In this document: positions 19,631 to 29,282 of the stretch, piece by piece
Position numbering within the stretch: the first letter of the stretch is position 1
Layout: each line of letters starts with the position of its first letter
DNA from: Flavobacteriales bacterium UBA4466
GTDB taxonomy: Bacteria > Bacteroidota > Bacteroidia > Flavobacteriales_D > Crocinitomicaceae
Length of the DNA stretch: 64,000 nucleotides
Reading direction: 5' to 3'
Assembly: GCA_905182335.1 (NCBI GenBank)
Contig: CAJJBE010000005.1
Coordinates: forward strand, 133,005-197,004
The notes under the pieces: model-generated
The model's database searches: none
Seen by the model: the letters and a program-made list of their open reading frames with translations, nothing else
What the model was told of the DNA's origin: nothing
Program-made: the position numbers and the translations under genes

Positions 19631-20209
19631 ATGAATATAGGTATAACTGGAGGGATTGGTTCGGGGAAAAGTATTGTCTCTAAAGTAATTGAAACAATGG
19701 GATATCTTGTTTTTAACTCTGATGCAGAGTCAAAGCAGTTGGTAAATGAAGATCCTTTTATTATTGACGGGCTTGTTCTACTTTTCGGCAAAGAGATTTA
19801 CCTAAATGGTATTCTCAATAAAGAGATGCTCGCGAAAATAATATTTTCAGATGACGCCGCTAGAATCTCAGTCAATAAACTCATTCATCCAAGAGTTAGG
19901 GATACTTTTGACATCTTCGCTTCTAAACAACTTAGTGGTATTGCATTCAATGAGGCCGCAATACTTTTTGAAACTGGCGCCAATGAGAGCTTCGATAAAA
20001 CAGTCCTTGTTACATCTCCGAAAGAGCTAAGAGTCGCTCGTATAATGTCTCGAGATAATGTTTCAGAAGAAGATGTTGAGGCAAGGATTTCTAAACAATG
20101 GACAGATAATGAAAAGCTATCTTTAGCAGATTTTGTGATCATTAATGATGAAAATATACCATTAATTGTCCAGGTTGAAGCAATTGTGAATCAGCTAATT
20201 TCTGTGTAG
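19631..20209 (+). CDS. coaE: Dephospho-CoA kinase
   Basis: P-loop IGITGGIGSGKS at the N-terminus, 192 aa. Confidence 0.9.
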   Translation: MNIGITGGIGSGKSIVSKVIETMGYLVFNSDAESKQLVNEDPFIIDGLVLLFGKEIYLNGILNKEMLAKIIFSDDAARISVNKLIHPRVRDTFDIFASKQLSGIAFNEAAILFETGANESFDKTVLVTSPKELRVARIMSRDNVSEEDVEARISKQWTDNEKLSLADFVIINDENIPLIVQVEAIVNQLISV

Positions 20210-20841
20210 TCGTCAAAATGGTTATCATCATCATTCTGATTTCTATCATTTTTTGTAGCTCCTAATTTCCCTCCATTTAAAACAAATGTAATTGCTCCTA
20301 GCATCTTGAAAATCAAATTAAACAGGAAGAATAGTCCAATTAGTTTAAATATAAAGCCAAATATTGGTGTCTGTTCGATGTTAATAATACTTTCGTGGAA
20401 CCAAAAAGATATTGGGTTTGATGCATATGAAGGATAAAACCAAAACAATGAAAATGCCATTAACGAAAGTATAATTATCGCAATTTCAGACTTCAAGTTA
20501 AAGTTGTTTTCTTTTTGAGGTAAACCTTGCCCAGCAAATCGAAACAATATTGACTTGTTTTGGTTCTTTTTAAGTTTACCAATAAAATAGGTCAACAGAA
20601 TTATTCCAGCTAATACAACTTGATTCAAAACCACCATGTCCGAGGTAATAGATTCTAGACAAAACAAGAAAGTTACATCAACCAGAAAAAAGTATTTAAT
20701 GGTTCTGAAAAGGTAGACTTCAGAAATAGAGCGTTCCCGTCCAGAGCTTATCATTCGAATACCAAGATCAAAAACCCCCCATAGGAATCCGTAGATAGCA
20801 AAGACTACTCCGAGTCTAAATATAAAATCAAGTAAATTCAC
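20191..20841 (-). CDS. Hypothetical polytopic membrane protein
   Basis: 216 aa with about 5-6 hydrophobic segments and an acidic C-terminal tail (NDDDNHFDDYTEIS). No motif recognised. Its 3' end overlaps coaE by 19 nt. Confidence 0.5.
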   Translation of the reverse strand: MNLLDFIFRLGVVFAIYGFLWGVFDLGIRMISSGRERSISEVYLFRTIKYFFLVDVTFLFCLESITSDMVVLNQVVLAGIILLTYFIGKLKKNQNKSILFRFAGQGLPQKENNFNLKSEIAIIILSLMAFSLFWFYPSYASNPISFWFHESIINIEQTPIFGFIFKLIGLFFLFNLIFKMLGAITFVLNGGKLGATKNDRNQNDDDNHFDDYTEIS

Positions 20842-20870
20842 ATTGCAAATTTAACAATCTCATTATCTTT

Positions 20871-23030
20871 ATGGAAATCAAAAAAACATCAATGAAAAGA
20901 ATTTTTCTATTAGTTGTAATCGCCGTTACTTCTATATTTAGTTCAAAGGCAGAAGAAGGGATGTTGATACCGTCAATAGTGAAAGCATTCGAAAGCGATA
21001 TGCAAGCTATGGGAATGAGGTTGTCAGCGGAAGATATTTATGACGTGAATAATTCTAGTATCAAAGATGCAATCATTCATTTTGGTGGAGGTTGTACTGC
21101 TGAGTTGGTTTCGTCTCAAGGGTTATTATTAACGAATCACCACTGTGGTTATTCTCAAATTCAATCGCATTCATCATTAGAGAATGATTACCTGAAATAT
21201 GGTTTTTGGGCGAAAGATAAAAGTAAAGAGTTGCCAAATCCAGGATTAACTGCTTCTCGTGTCGTTAGAATTGAAGATGTCACTGCAACAGTTTTGTTTG
21301 ACACTGAAGGGATGTCTGATCAAGAACGTTATGCTAAAATACAGCGTGTAATTGACAAACTAATTCAAGATGCTGAATTAGGAACACATTACACTGCTAA
21401 GATAAAAGCCTTCAATTACGGAAATGATTACTACATGATCGTAAAGGAAACGTTTAAAGATGTTCGTTTAGTAGGAACACCTCCAAACTCTATAGGTAAA
21501 TTCGGTGGTGACACTGACAACTGGGTTTGGCCTAGACATACAGGAGATTTTTCAGTGTTTAGAATTTATGCTGATAAAAATAATCAGCCAAGCGATTACA
21601 ACGAATCAAATGGTCCATATATACCGTTGCATTTCTTGCCAGTTTCAATGAAGAAAAGAACTCCAGGTGAGTTTACAATGATTTATGGTTTTCCAGGAAC
21701 AACGGAACAACATTTGTCTTCAGGGAACTTGAAATATATTATGGATCAAGAGCGTCCAGCAAGAATTAAGATGAGAGAGAAATCATTGAGTGTAATTGAT
21801 GCTAGTATGCGTTCTTCGGATTTATTACGAATTAAATACGCTTCTAAACAAGCGCGTATCGCAAATGGATGGAAGAAATGGATTGGTCAATTAGGTGGAT
21901 TAAAAACAGTTGATGCGATTCAAATTAAATTAAATCGTGAAAAAGAGTATAATGACATGGCTGCTACAAAGCCCGAATGGAGGGAGAAGTATGGCATGTC
22001 AATCAGTGAAATGAATGCCTTGGTAGAGCAATACAAGCAAGCTGACTTTGGTTATTCAATGGCGATAGAATATTTATATGTTGGGCCAGAATTATTTGGT
22101 AGAGCACGTGAAATGAACAAGTTTTTATCGAACTACACTACTTTTATTGAAAATGGAACGTTGGATGCAGAAATAGAAAAGCAAATTAGCGGTGCTAAAG
22201 TGTTTTTTAAAGACTACGATGAAGCTACGGATAAGCGTATTTTTGAATTGTTGACAAAAGAGTATGTGAAGCAAATGGGAGACGGACCGATTCCTTCAAT
22301 GTTAGATAATAATTCAGCAATAGATTTAGCTGATTGTATTTATAAAAAATCAATATTAACTAACGAAGTTCGATTCATGAAGTTTATGGATAAACTTGGA
22401 AATAAATCGTTTAGTCATTTAAAGAATAAGGATCTAGGCTTTATGCTTTGGGCTGATGCTGATGCCAACTTCATGAATAATGTGATTCCAGATGTAAGAG
22501 TTTATAAATCTTCAATGGATGGATTATTGAAAACATATGTTGCAGGTAAGTTTGAAATGTTTCCTGATGTCAAACATTGGCCAGATGCTAATTCAACAAT
22601 GCGTATAACCTACGGTAAGCTAGAAGGTTCTGCACCTCATGATGGAATGCAATATACTGAGCATACAACAATCGATGGTATCATTACAAAGAATAATTCA
22701 GGGAATCCTGATTATGAGTTGTTGCCTCGAATGAGAGAATTAGCTACGGCTAAAGATTATGGTGATTATGCACAAGATGGCGAGCTGTGGGTTTGTTTTA
22801 CAGGGTCGAATCACACTACTGGGGGTAACTCAGGTTCTCCAGTTTTGGATGCAGATGGAAACTTATTAGGGCTTAACTTTGACCGGTCTTGGGAAAGTAC
22901 AATGAGTGACTTTATGTTTGATTCGGATAGATGCAGAAATATTACGGTGGATATTAGATATGTTTTATGGGTGATGGATAGATATTCTGGAGCTAAACAC
23001 ATTGTGGATGAAATGAAATTGGTACGTTAA
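20871..23030 (+). CDS. S46 family dipeptidyl-peptidase (DPP7/DPP11-like)
   Basis: Catalytic blocks LLLTNHHCG, DFSVFRIY and TGGNSGSPVLD. The signal peptide is better formed from the internal ATG at 20892 (MKRIFLLVVIAV...). Confidence 0.9.
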   Translation: MEIKKTSMKRIFLLVVIAVTSIFSSKAEEGMLIPSIVKAFESDMQAMGMRLSAEDIYDVNNSSIKDAIIHFGGGCTAELVSSQGLLLTNHHCGYSQIQSHSSLENDYLKYGFWAKDKSKELPNPGLTASRVVRIEDVTATVLFDTEGMSDQERYAKIQRVIDKLIQDAELGTHYTAKIKAFNYGNDYYMIVKETFKDVRLVGTPPNSIGKFGGDTDNWVWPRHTGDFSVFRIYADKNNQPSDYNESNGPYIPLHFLPVSMKKRTPGEFTMIYGFPGTTEQHLSSGNLKYIMDQERPARIKMREKSLSVIDASMRSSDLLRIKYASKQARIANGWKKWIGQLGGLKTVDAIQIKLNREKEYNDMAATKPEWREKYGMSISEMNALVEQYKQADFGYSMAIEYLYVGPELFGRAREMNKFLSNYTTFIENGTLDAEIEKQISGAKVFFKDYDEATDKRIFELLTKEYVKQMGDGPIPSMLDNNSAIDLADCIYKKSILTNEVRFMKFMDKLGNKSFSHLKNKDLGFMLWADADANFMNNVIPDVRVYKSSMDGLLKTYVAGKFEMFPDVKHWPDANSTMRITYGKLEGSAPHDGMQYTEHTTIDGIITKNNSGNPDYELLPRMRELATAKDYGDYAQDGELWVCFTGSNHTTGGNSGSPVLDADGNLLGLNFDRSWESTMSDFMFDSDRCRNITVDIRYVLWVMDRYSGAKHIVDEMKLVR

Positions 23031-23044
23031 AAGTATCAACAACT

Positions 23045-23076
23045 AAAAAAGCCAGTATTTAAATGCTGGCTTTTTT
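23045..23076. terminator. Bidirectional rho-independent terminator between the convergent S46 peptidase and lpdA genes
   Basis: A6-GCCAG...CTGGC-T6 hairpin with A and T runs on both sides. Confidence 0.7.
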
Positions 23077-23092
23077 AGTTTAATAATTTTTA

Positions 23093-24496
23093 TTAGATAT
23101 GTAATGCTCGATCATCAGTTGCAGCTAAAGCAGCTTCCTTTAAACCTTCTGAGTAAGTAGGGTGTGGGTGACATATTCTAGCTATATCTTCAGCAGATGC
23201 TCTAAATTCCATTGCAGTAACAGCTTCCATAATTAAATCTGCTGCTCTAGGGGCGATCATGTGCACCCCAAGAACCTCATCAGTTTCTTTATCGGCGATT
23301 ACTTTTATTGTTCCCATGATATCCATACTTGCACGAGCTCTACCCAATGCTTTGATTGGGAAAGAACCAATTTTTATTTCTTTTCCTTCTGCAAGAAGCT
23401 CATCTTCCGTTTTCCCAACAGAAGCTACTTCAGGCCACGTGTATACAACACCAGGAATTAAGTTATAATTTAAGTGAGGTTTTTGTCCAGCTAGTAATTC
23501 AGCAACAAACACACCTTCTTCTTCAGCTTTGTGTGCTAACATTACTCCACGAACAACATCACCAATTGCATAAATATTTGGAACTGCTGTTTGTAAGTTA
23601 TCGTTAACGTCAATTTGACCTTTATTATTGGTAGTAATACCAACGTTTTCTAATCCCAATCCAGTTGTGAATGGTTTTCTCCCAACCGCAACTAAACAGT
23701 AATCCCCTTCCATTGTTACTTCTTCTTCTTTTTTGTTCAGAGCAACAAGTTTAACTCCTTTACCCGTATTAGTAACCTTCTGAACTTTATGTTCTAAATG
23801 GAATTTAAAACCTTCTTTCTTAAGAACCTTAGTAAGCTCTTTAGACATTGTTTTGTCCATTGTTGGGATAATTGTCTTAGCAAACTCAATCACTTCAATT
23901 TGAGTACCTAAACGTGCAAAGACAGAGCCTAACTCAAGTCCGATAACACCACCACCAATAACTAAAATCTTTTTAGGGATTTCCTTCATACTAAGAGCTT
24001 CAGTAGAAGTGATGATTCTATCTTTGTCTGGTTCCATTCCTGGGAAGAAGTTTGGCTTCGATCCAGTAGCGATAAGAATGTTCTTCGTATTAAGGATTGT
24101 TTCTTTGTTATTCTTATCTGTAACTTTAACGGAGTTCCTATCTACAATAGAACCGATTCCATTAAATACTTCAATATTATTTTTGTCCATCAAGAACTTA
24201 ACTCCATCACATGTTTGTGAAACGACTTTACCCTTTCGTTGAACCATTTGTTCTATATTAGCTCTTACCTCTTTTACATCAATTCCATGCTCATTGAAAT
24301 TGTGAGTTGCATTATAAAAATGCTCAGAGGAATCAAGTAGAGCTTTAGATGGTATACACCCAACATTTAAACAAGTTCCACCTAACGTATCATATTTTTC
24401 AATGATTGCTGTTTTCATTCCCAATTGTGCACAGCGTATTGCTGCAACATATCCACCAGGTCCTGATCCTATAATTGTGATATCGAAATTACTCAT
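23093..24496 (-). CDS. lpdA: Dihydrolipoyl dehydrogenase (E3)
   Basis: GSGPGGYVAAIR FAD motif, redox-active GGTCLNVGCIPSK, C-terminal HPHPTYSE. Confidence 0.95.
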   Translation of the reverse strand: MSNFDITIIGSGPGGYVAAIRCAQLGMKTAIIEKYDTLGGTCLNVGCIPSKALLDSSEHFYNATHNFNEHGIDVKEVRANIEQMVQRKGKVVSQTCDGVKFLMDKNNIEVFNGIGSIVDRNSVKVTDKNNKETILNTKNILIATGSKPNFFPGMEPDKDRIITSTEALSMKEIPKKILVIGGGVIGLELGSVFARLGTQIEVIEFAKTIIPTMDKTMSKELTKVLKKEGFKFHLEHKVQKVTNTGKGVKLVALNKKEEEVTMEGDYCLVAVGRKPFTTGLGLENVGITTNNKGQIDVNDNLQTAVPNIYAIGDVVRGVMLAHKAEEEGVFVAELLAGQKPHLNYNLIPGVVYTWPEVASVGKTEDELLAEGKEIKIGSFPIKALGRARASMDIMGTIKVIADKETDEVLGVHMIAPRAADLIMEAVTAMEFRASAEDIARICHPHPTYSEGLKEAALAATDDRALHI

Positions 24497-24542
24497 GCTC
24501 TAATGTTTAAGAAGTACAAATTTATTATTTATCATCGAAGAA

Positions 24543-24634
24543 AGGGTCAGTAGTACTTTTTAGACCTAAAAAAAGAGCTATTTGTTTAATAGCTCTTTCA
24601 ATGTTTATTTTGTTTAAAAAGTACTACTGACCCT
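24543..24634. repeat. 92-bp element bounded by perfect 20-bp inverted repeats
   Basis: AGGGTCAGTAGTACTTTTTA (24543-24562) is the exact reverse complement of TAAAAAGTACTACTGACCCT (24615-24634). The 52-nt spacer contains the terminator hairpin. Confidence 0.85.
24567..24597 (-). terminator. Rho-independent terminator of the M43 protease gene
   Basis: AGAGCTATT (24574-24582) pairs with AATAGCTCT (24588-24596). On the minus strand the hairpin is followed by T7. Confidence 0.75.
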
Positions 24635-24641
24635 AAATTGA

Positions 24642-26873
24642 TTAAAGAATCACAACTTTTTTTGTAGCTGTATGATCACCAGTTTTAATCTCTAAGAAAT
24701 AACAAGCAGCTGGTAAATTAGCGGTGTTACTTAATGAGTGACTAACAACTGTATTCGTTTGTTTAATTGTTTCAGTAGAAATTATTTTACCTTGAGTGTC
24801 TCTAAGTACAAATGTAACAGCTTCGTCTTGTGCTGTATAGTTAATGTTAATTGCTTCACCGTTTGAAGGGTTAGGAAACACGCTAATATCTAAGGCAGAA
24901 ATCTCATCAGAGACTAAACCTAAAGTTCCATTAACGTTGATATTGTCAAGGTAAAGGTTACTCGCTAAATCAGAAGCTGTAAATTCAAATTTAAATATCA
25001 CTTTATCATAAGATGACGAGGTGTTAATTGAAACTGATCCAGTTTTCCAGTCGTTATTTGATGTTGGTGTATAATCTGCATATCCTGCATATCCTCCAGT
25101 TACAATGTTTGCTCCTGAAATACCTTGCGAGTTACTACCGCCTATAGAGGTGCCATCGATACTAATTGTTCTTGAAACCCACGATGCTCCACAGTCTGTA
25201 GAAGCATACACCTTTAGTTTTTCAGTAATCTGATTAACTTGAGTTGCATTAGTCGCATAAGAGAAATTGAATGACATTGTTACTCCAGAAGTATACCTTA
25301 AGTCGTATGAAGGAGTAATTAATTCATCTACACTTAGACCTAATCGGTCGTTATAAAAGTAGTTGTCGTTAAAAAGATCCGAACCAATAACATTTTTATA
25401 ATTCTTTAACTTGTAACTCGTAGAGTTGTCATAGCCTGTACCACTTGAAAGAGCAAACTCACCATGGTTATTTTCTAAATTATTTGAAACAAACCACTGA
25501 GCAGAAGGTCCTTCAAGATCAATTGAGGCTGGACCATCAAAACTTGCATAATCTAGAGAAACATAAATGTAGCCACTTCTTATTTCAGTTCCAGTTCCAG
25601 TAGCATTTGATACTGATAAAGTAACGTTTTTATATCCTGCAGAAGTAAAACTTACGGTTGGATTAAGTGAAGTAGATGTTGCTGGTGAACCATCTTCAAA
25701 TGTCCATGAACGATCGTCAATAAGTGCGTTCCAAGAAGCATCACTAAAAGAAACAGGGCTACCTATACATGTCTCAGTTTTATTTGATGTAAAATCGGCA
25801 ACTGGCACACACAAAGGAACAGTTAATGTATTGTTGGGGTTTTGTGGTAGTAATAAATCCTTAACTCCAGTAGCCATTAATGTAGAGTCTTTCCATAATG
25901 TGTTACGTTGACCAGCAATTCCTTCAAGCGTATTATTCATTGCTAACGCTTGCCCAGGGGAGAAGTGTCTATCACAATAAGAATAATCCATATAGTTTTG
26001 TAAATCTTCATTAATGGAATCGCTGCAATCAGCCCATCCATAAGGTGCAACGAAAGGAGGACAATTTTGGTGACCTTTTGTTATAGGAGTATCATCAATT
26101 CCATCATCGTTACAAATAGTAGGCCCATCATTAATAAGATCAGAATCTCCAAAAGTATGAGCTAAACTTAGCCAATGTCCAATTTCATGTGTTAATGTAG
26201 ATTCTCTACCTGTAGATGATGTTCCAATTGAACCAACATACGTATGGTTTGAAACAATTCCATCCAGCCAATATCCATTTCCATCAGTTGATGAAGGAAA
26301 CATTGCATATGCCGCAGCTCCTGGTGTTCCGACAACCCTAACAACCCAAATATTCATATAATTAGATCTATTCCATTGGTGAATCTTAGCATAAGAATCA
26401 CCAGTGTATGTTTCGTGAGAATAAATATGTTCGATACCATTGGTGCAATTCCCTAAAGGATCAATTGCAGCTAATTTAAATTCAATGTTCGCATTTCCAA
26501 TAAGATTTAGAAAATCAGGTACGATATCTACAGAATCAGGATCAGCCGCATTAAATTCACGATTAAAAACTTTAAGGGCATCATAAACTTGAGCATCAGA
26601 GATGTTTTCTGTGCCATAATCATGTAAAATGTGAAAAACAACAGGAATCGTGTAAATTCCGTCTGCTTTCTCCAAATTATTACCAGCAGAATTTCCTTGG
26701 TAACTATTCATTAAAAGTTTGTGAGCTTCATATCCTTCCTCTAATTCAGGGTACATTTCAAATGCTTCTTGAAGTGCTTCATATGTCCCACAGTTTCTTG
26801 TTGGCTCTGTTTGTGCGAACACTGCAGAACTTCCAACTAAACAAAGACTTATAAATGTAATTAGTTTCTTCAT
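24642..26873 (-). CDS. Secreted M43 (cytophagalysin/pappalysin-like) zinc metalloprotease with a PKD domain and a T9SS C-terminal sorting domain
   Basis: Signal peptide. HEIGHWLSLAHTF zinc motif. PKD-like block (FTSNKTETCIGSPVSFSDAS...YKNVTLSVSN). C-terminal VFPNPSNGEAININY...YFLEIKTGDHTATKKVVIL is typical of a Por secretion tail. Confidence 0.85.
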   Translation of the reverse strand: MKKLITFISLCLVGSSAVFAQTEPTRNCGTYEALQEAFEMYPELEEGYEAHKLLMNSYQGNSAGNNLEKADGIYTIPVVFHILHDYGTENISDAQVYDALKVFNREFNAADPDSVDIVPDFLNLIGNANIEFKLAAIDPLGNCTNGIEHIYSHETYTGDSYAKIHQWNRSNYMNIWVVRVVGTPGAAAYAMFPSSTDGNGYWLDGIVSNHTYVGSIGTSSTGRESTLTHEIGHWLSLAHTFGDSDLINDGPTICNDDGIDDTPITKGHQNCPPFVAPYGWADCSDSINEDLQNYMDYSYCDRHFSPGQALAMNNTLEGIAGQRNTLWKDSTLMATGVKDLLLPQNPNNTLTVPLCVPVADFTSNKTETCIGSPVSFSDASWNALIDDRSWTFEDGSPATSTSLNPTVSFTSAGYKNVTLSVSNATGTGTEIRSGYIYVSLDYASFDGPASIDLEGPSAQWFVSNNLENNHGEFALSSGTGYDNSTSYKLKNYKNVIGSDLFNDNYFYNDRLGLSVDELITPSYDLRYTSGVTMSFNFSYATNATQVNQITEKLKVYASTDCGASWVSRTISIDGTSIGGSNSQGISGANIVTGGYAGYADYTPTSNNDWKTGSVSINTSSSYDKVIFKFEFTASDLASNLYLDNINVNGTLGLVSDEISALDISVFPNPSNGEAININYTAQDEAVTFVLRDTQGKIISTETIKQTNTVVSHSLSNTANLPAACYFLEIKTGDHTATKKVVIL

Positions 26874-27065
26874 AGTTTTATATTTTATGTAAAATTAAAC
26901 ATTCTAACTCAGTATCTATGATGTTGAAGCAAAAAAAGAGGACTATTTTTTGATTAAAAGTGTTCTGCATCAAGCAGTAGTTAGTTTCCGTGTAAATTTT
27001 TGAGTTTTATTATTTAATCTCCTCTTACAAGATAGTAAATAGAAGTGTACATGCCTAAATTAAAA

Positions 27066-27938
27066 TTAAAACAGGTGTTTTTCAGCACGGTAAGATGAAC
27101 GAACAAGCGGCCCGCTCTCTACATATCTAAATCCTAATTTCATGCCAATTTCTTTGTATTCTTGAAATCTTTCAGGAGTTATAAAATCAGCAATTGGAAG
27201 ATGTTTAGCAGTAGGTTGTAGATATTGACCTAAGGTTAATACATCAACATTCACACTTACTAAATCTTCCATTGTTTCAATGATTTCTTCATGTGTTTCA
27301 CCTAGGCCAAGCATGATGCCTGATTTTGTCTTCATTCCTCCTTTTTTTAGTCTAAATAGTACTTCTAGGCTTCGGTCATATTTCGCTTGAATTCTCACCT
27401 CTTTTGTTAATCTACGCACAGTCTCTAAATTGTGACTTACAATTTCAGGAGCTACATCTATTATGTTCTGGAGGTTGTCCCAATTTCCAGCAAAGTCTGG
27501 GATTAAAGTTTCCATCGTTGTTCCTGGAGATTGCTTGCGAATTGCACGAACAGTTTGAACCCAAATATCAGAGCCACCATTTTTTAAATCATCTCTATCT
27601 ACTGAGGTGATAACAGCGTGTTTTACTCCCATAGTCTTTACACTATGGGCAACTTTCCCCGGTTCAAATTCATCCACTTGTTCAGGGCGACCAGTTTTAA
27701 CGGCGCAAAAACCACAAGATCTGGTGCAAATGTTTCCTAGAATCATAAATGTAGCAGTTCCTTCCCCCCAACATTCACCCATGTTTGGACAGTTCCCACT
27801 TTCACAAATAGTATGTAGTTTGTGCTCTGTCACCAATGACCTTACCTTCTTGTAATTCTCACCTGTAGGTAGTTTTACACGAAGCCATTTTGGCTTTTTT
27901 ATTTTAATCTTATTGTCCGTATTTATAATTTCACTCAT
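27066..27938 (-). CDS. lipA: Lipoyl synthase
   Basis: [12 protein letters not shown] auxiliary cluster and radical-SAM CTRSCGFC motifs. Confidence 0.95.
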   Translation of the reverse strand: MSEIINTDNKIKIKKPKWLRVKLPTGENYKKVRSLVTEHKLHTICESGNCPNMGECWGEGTATFMILGNICTRSCGFCAVKTGRPEQVDEFEPGKVAHSVKTMGVKHAVITSVDRDDLKNGGSDIWVQTVRAIRKQSPGTTMETLIPDFAGNWDNLQNIIDVAPEIVSHNLETVRRLTKEVRIQAKYDRSLEVLFRLKKGGMKTKSGIMLGLGETHEEIIETMEDLVSVNVDVLTLGQYLQPTAKHLPIADFITPERFQEYKEIGMKLGFRYVESGPLVRSSYRAEKHLF

Positions 27939-27989
27939 GTCTTAGACATTTTAATGTTTTACATTATTACACTTCGTAAAATAAAACGC

Positions 27990-27997
27990 TACTTTTG
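27990..27997 (+). promoter_or_regulatory. Candidate -7 promoter box (TAnnTTTG)
   Basis: TACTTTTG lies 36 nt upstream of the ATG at 28034. No clear -33 TTG at the 19-nt spacing. Confidence 0.3.
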
Positions 27998-28033
27998 CGG
28001 AGTCTTTTAGTTAATAAAAGAGTTCGAATACAA

Positions 28034-28459
28034 ATGTATGTAAATCCAAAGGAAATGGCGACGTCAACAGTTGAATATTTAGGAGGTTTAAGAACCAAAT
28101 GCACCCACATAAAATCTGGTCAAGAAGTAATTACTGATGCGCCGGTTGATAACAATGGGAAAGGAGAAGCTTTCTCTCCTACTGATTTAGTAGCTACAGC
28201 ATACGTTTCGTGTATGTATACAATCATTGGTATTTATTGTGAGAATAATAATATTCACTTTAATTTTGGAAAGGCTGCAATAACAAAAATAATGGGCTCT
28301 AACCCAAGGAGTATAGAAAGGATTGAGGTAGATTTGGATTTCACAGAAAATAATTGGGATGAAAGTATCCATCAGCGTGTTAAGAATGCAGGGAAAGGAT
28401 GTCCTGTAGCTAAAACTCTTAGCAGTAATGTTGAATTGAAGCTCAACTATAAATTTTAA
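28034..28459 (+). CDS. OsmC family peroxiredoxin-like protein
   Basis: OsmC-like blocks GEAFSPTDLVATA and GCPVAKTL. The ORF-track start at 27995 is a TTG inside the promoter box, so the first ATG is preferred. Confidence 0.75.
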   Translation: MYVNPKEMATSTVEYLGGLRTKCTHIKSGQEVITDAPVDNNGKGEAFSPTDLVATAYVSCMYTIIGIYCENNNIHFNFGKAAITKIMGSNPRSIERIEVDLDFTENNWDESIHQRVKNAGKGCPVAKTLSSNVELKLNYKF

Positions 28460-29253
28460 TGAAAATGGAAAGAATTAGAGATAGAGATATAAGACAAGGA
28501 GAGCGTCAATATAGAACACCAAAAGATGATTTTATTTTTGGCGTGAGAGCTGTGATCGAAGCTGTAAAAGCAGGGCGTGTTTTGAATAAGATATTTATCC
28601 AAAAAGGGATGAATAAAGAGTTGTTCTTAGAGTTAAAAGATGCTTTGGCTGATGGGGCGCATCAATTGCAGTTTGTTCCAGTTGAGAAATTGAATAGCTA
28701 TACAGATCAAAACCATCAAGGAGTCGTAGCCTTAACTTCGCCAATTGAATATTACAATATTGAAGAGGTTGTAGAGGGATTATTAGCGGATGAGAAGAAA
28801 CCATTTATTCTTGCTTTAGATAGGATTACGGATGTTAGGAATTTTGGTGCAATAGCAAGAACTGCTGAATGTGAAGGGGTTGATGCAATCTTGATTCCTT
28901 CAAAAGGTTCTGCACAAGTTACTGCTGATGCAATTAAAACTTCTGCTGGAGCTTTGAATAGAATTAAGGTTTGTAAAACAGATAGTCTAAAGGATTCCTT
29001 GTTTTATGTTCAGCAGTGTGGAGTTCGTTTGGTTGCGTGTACTGAAAAGTCAAATATACCATTGTATGAAACTAATTTAAGGGGCGCTGTTGCCGTTATT
29101 ATGGGGTCGGAGAAAGATGGTATTACATCCGACTTGATTAATCTGGCAGATATTAGCTGTAGAATTCCAATGAGCGGTAAAATTGCGTCATTAAATGTTG
29201 GTGTTGCTACTGGGATGGTTTTATATGAGAGACTTAGACAAGAATTACATTAA
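28459..29253 (+). CDS. rlmB: TrmH/SpoU family 23S rRNA (Gm2251) 2'-O-methyltransferase
   Basis: SpoU blocks DRITDVRNFGAIARTAE, VIMGSEKDGI and IPMSGKIASLNV. TAATG overlap with the upstream gene. Confidence 0.85.
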   Translation: MKMERIRDRDIRQGERQYRTPKDDFIFGVRAVIEAVKAGRVLNKIFIQKGMNKELFLELKDALADGAHQLQFVPVEKLNSYTDQNHQGVVALTSPIEYYNIEEVVEGLLADEKKPFILALDRITDVRNFGAIARTAECEGVDAILIPSKGSAQVTADAIKTSAGALNRIKVCKTDSLKDSLFYVQQCGVRLVACTEKSNIPLYETNLRGAVAVIMGSEKDGITSDLINLADISCRIPMSGKIASLNVGVATGMVLYERLRQELH

Positions 29254-29282
29254 TTGTTTATCCCTAATAAAGTAGTGTCATT

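Noticed and set aside
23259-24242. Four short plus-strand ORFs inside lpdA.
   Set aside because: They overlap one another in different frames and are all antisense to a conserved gene.
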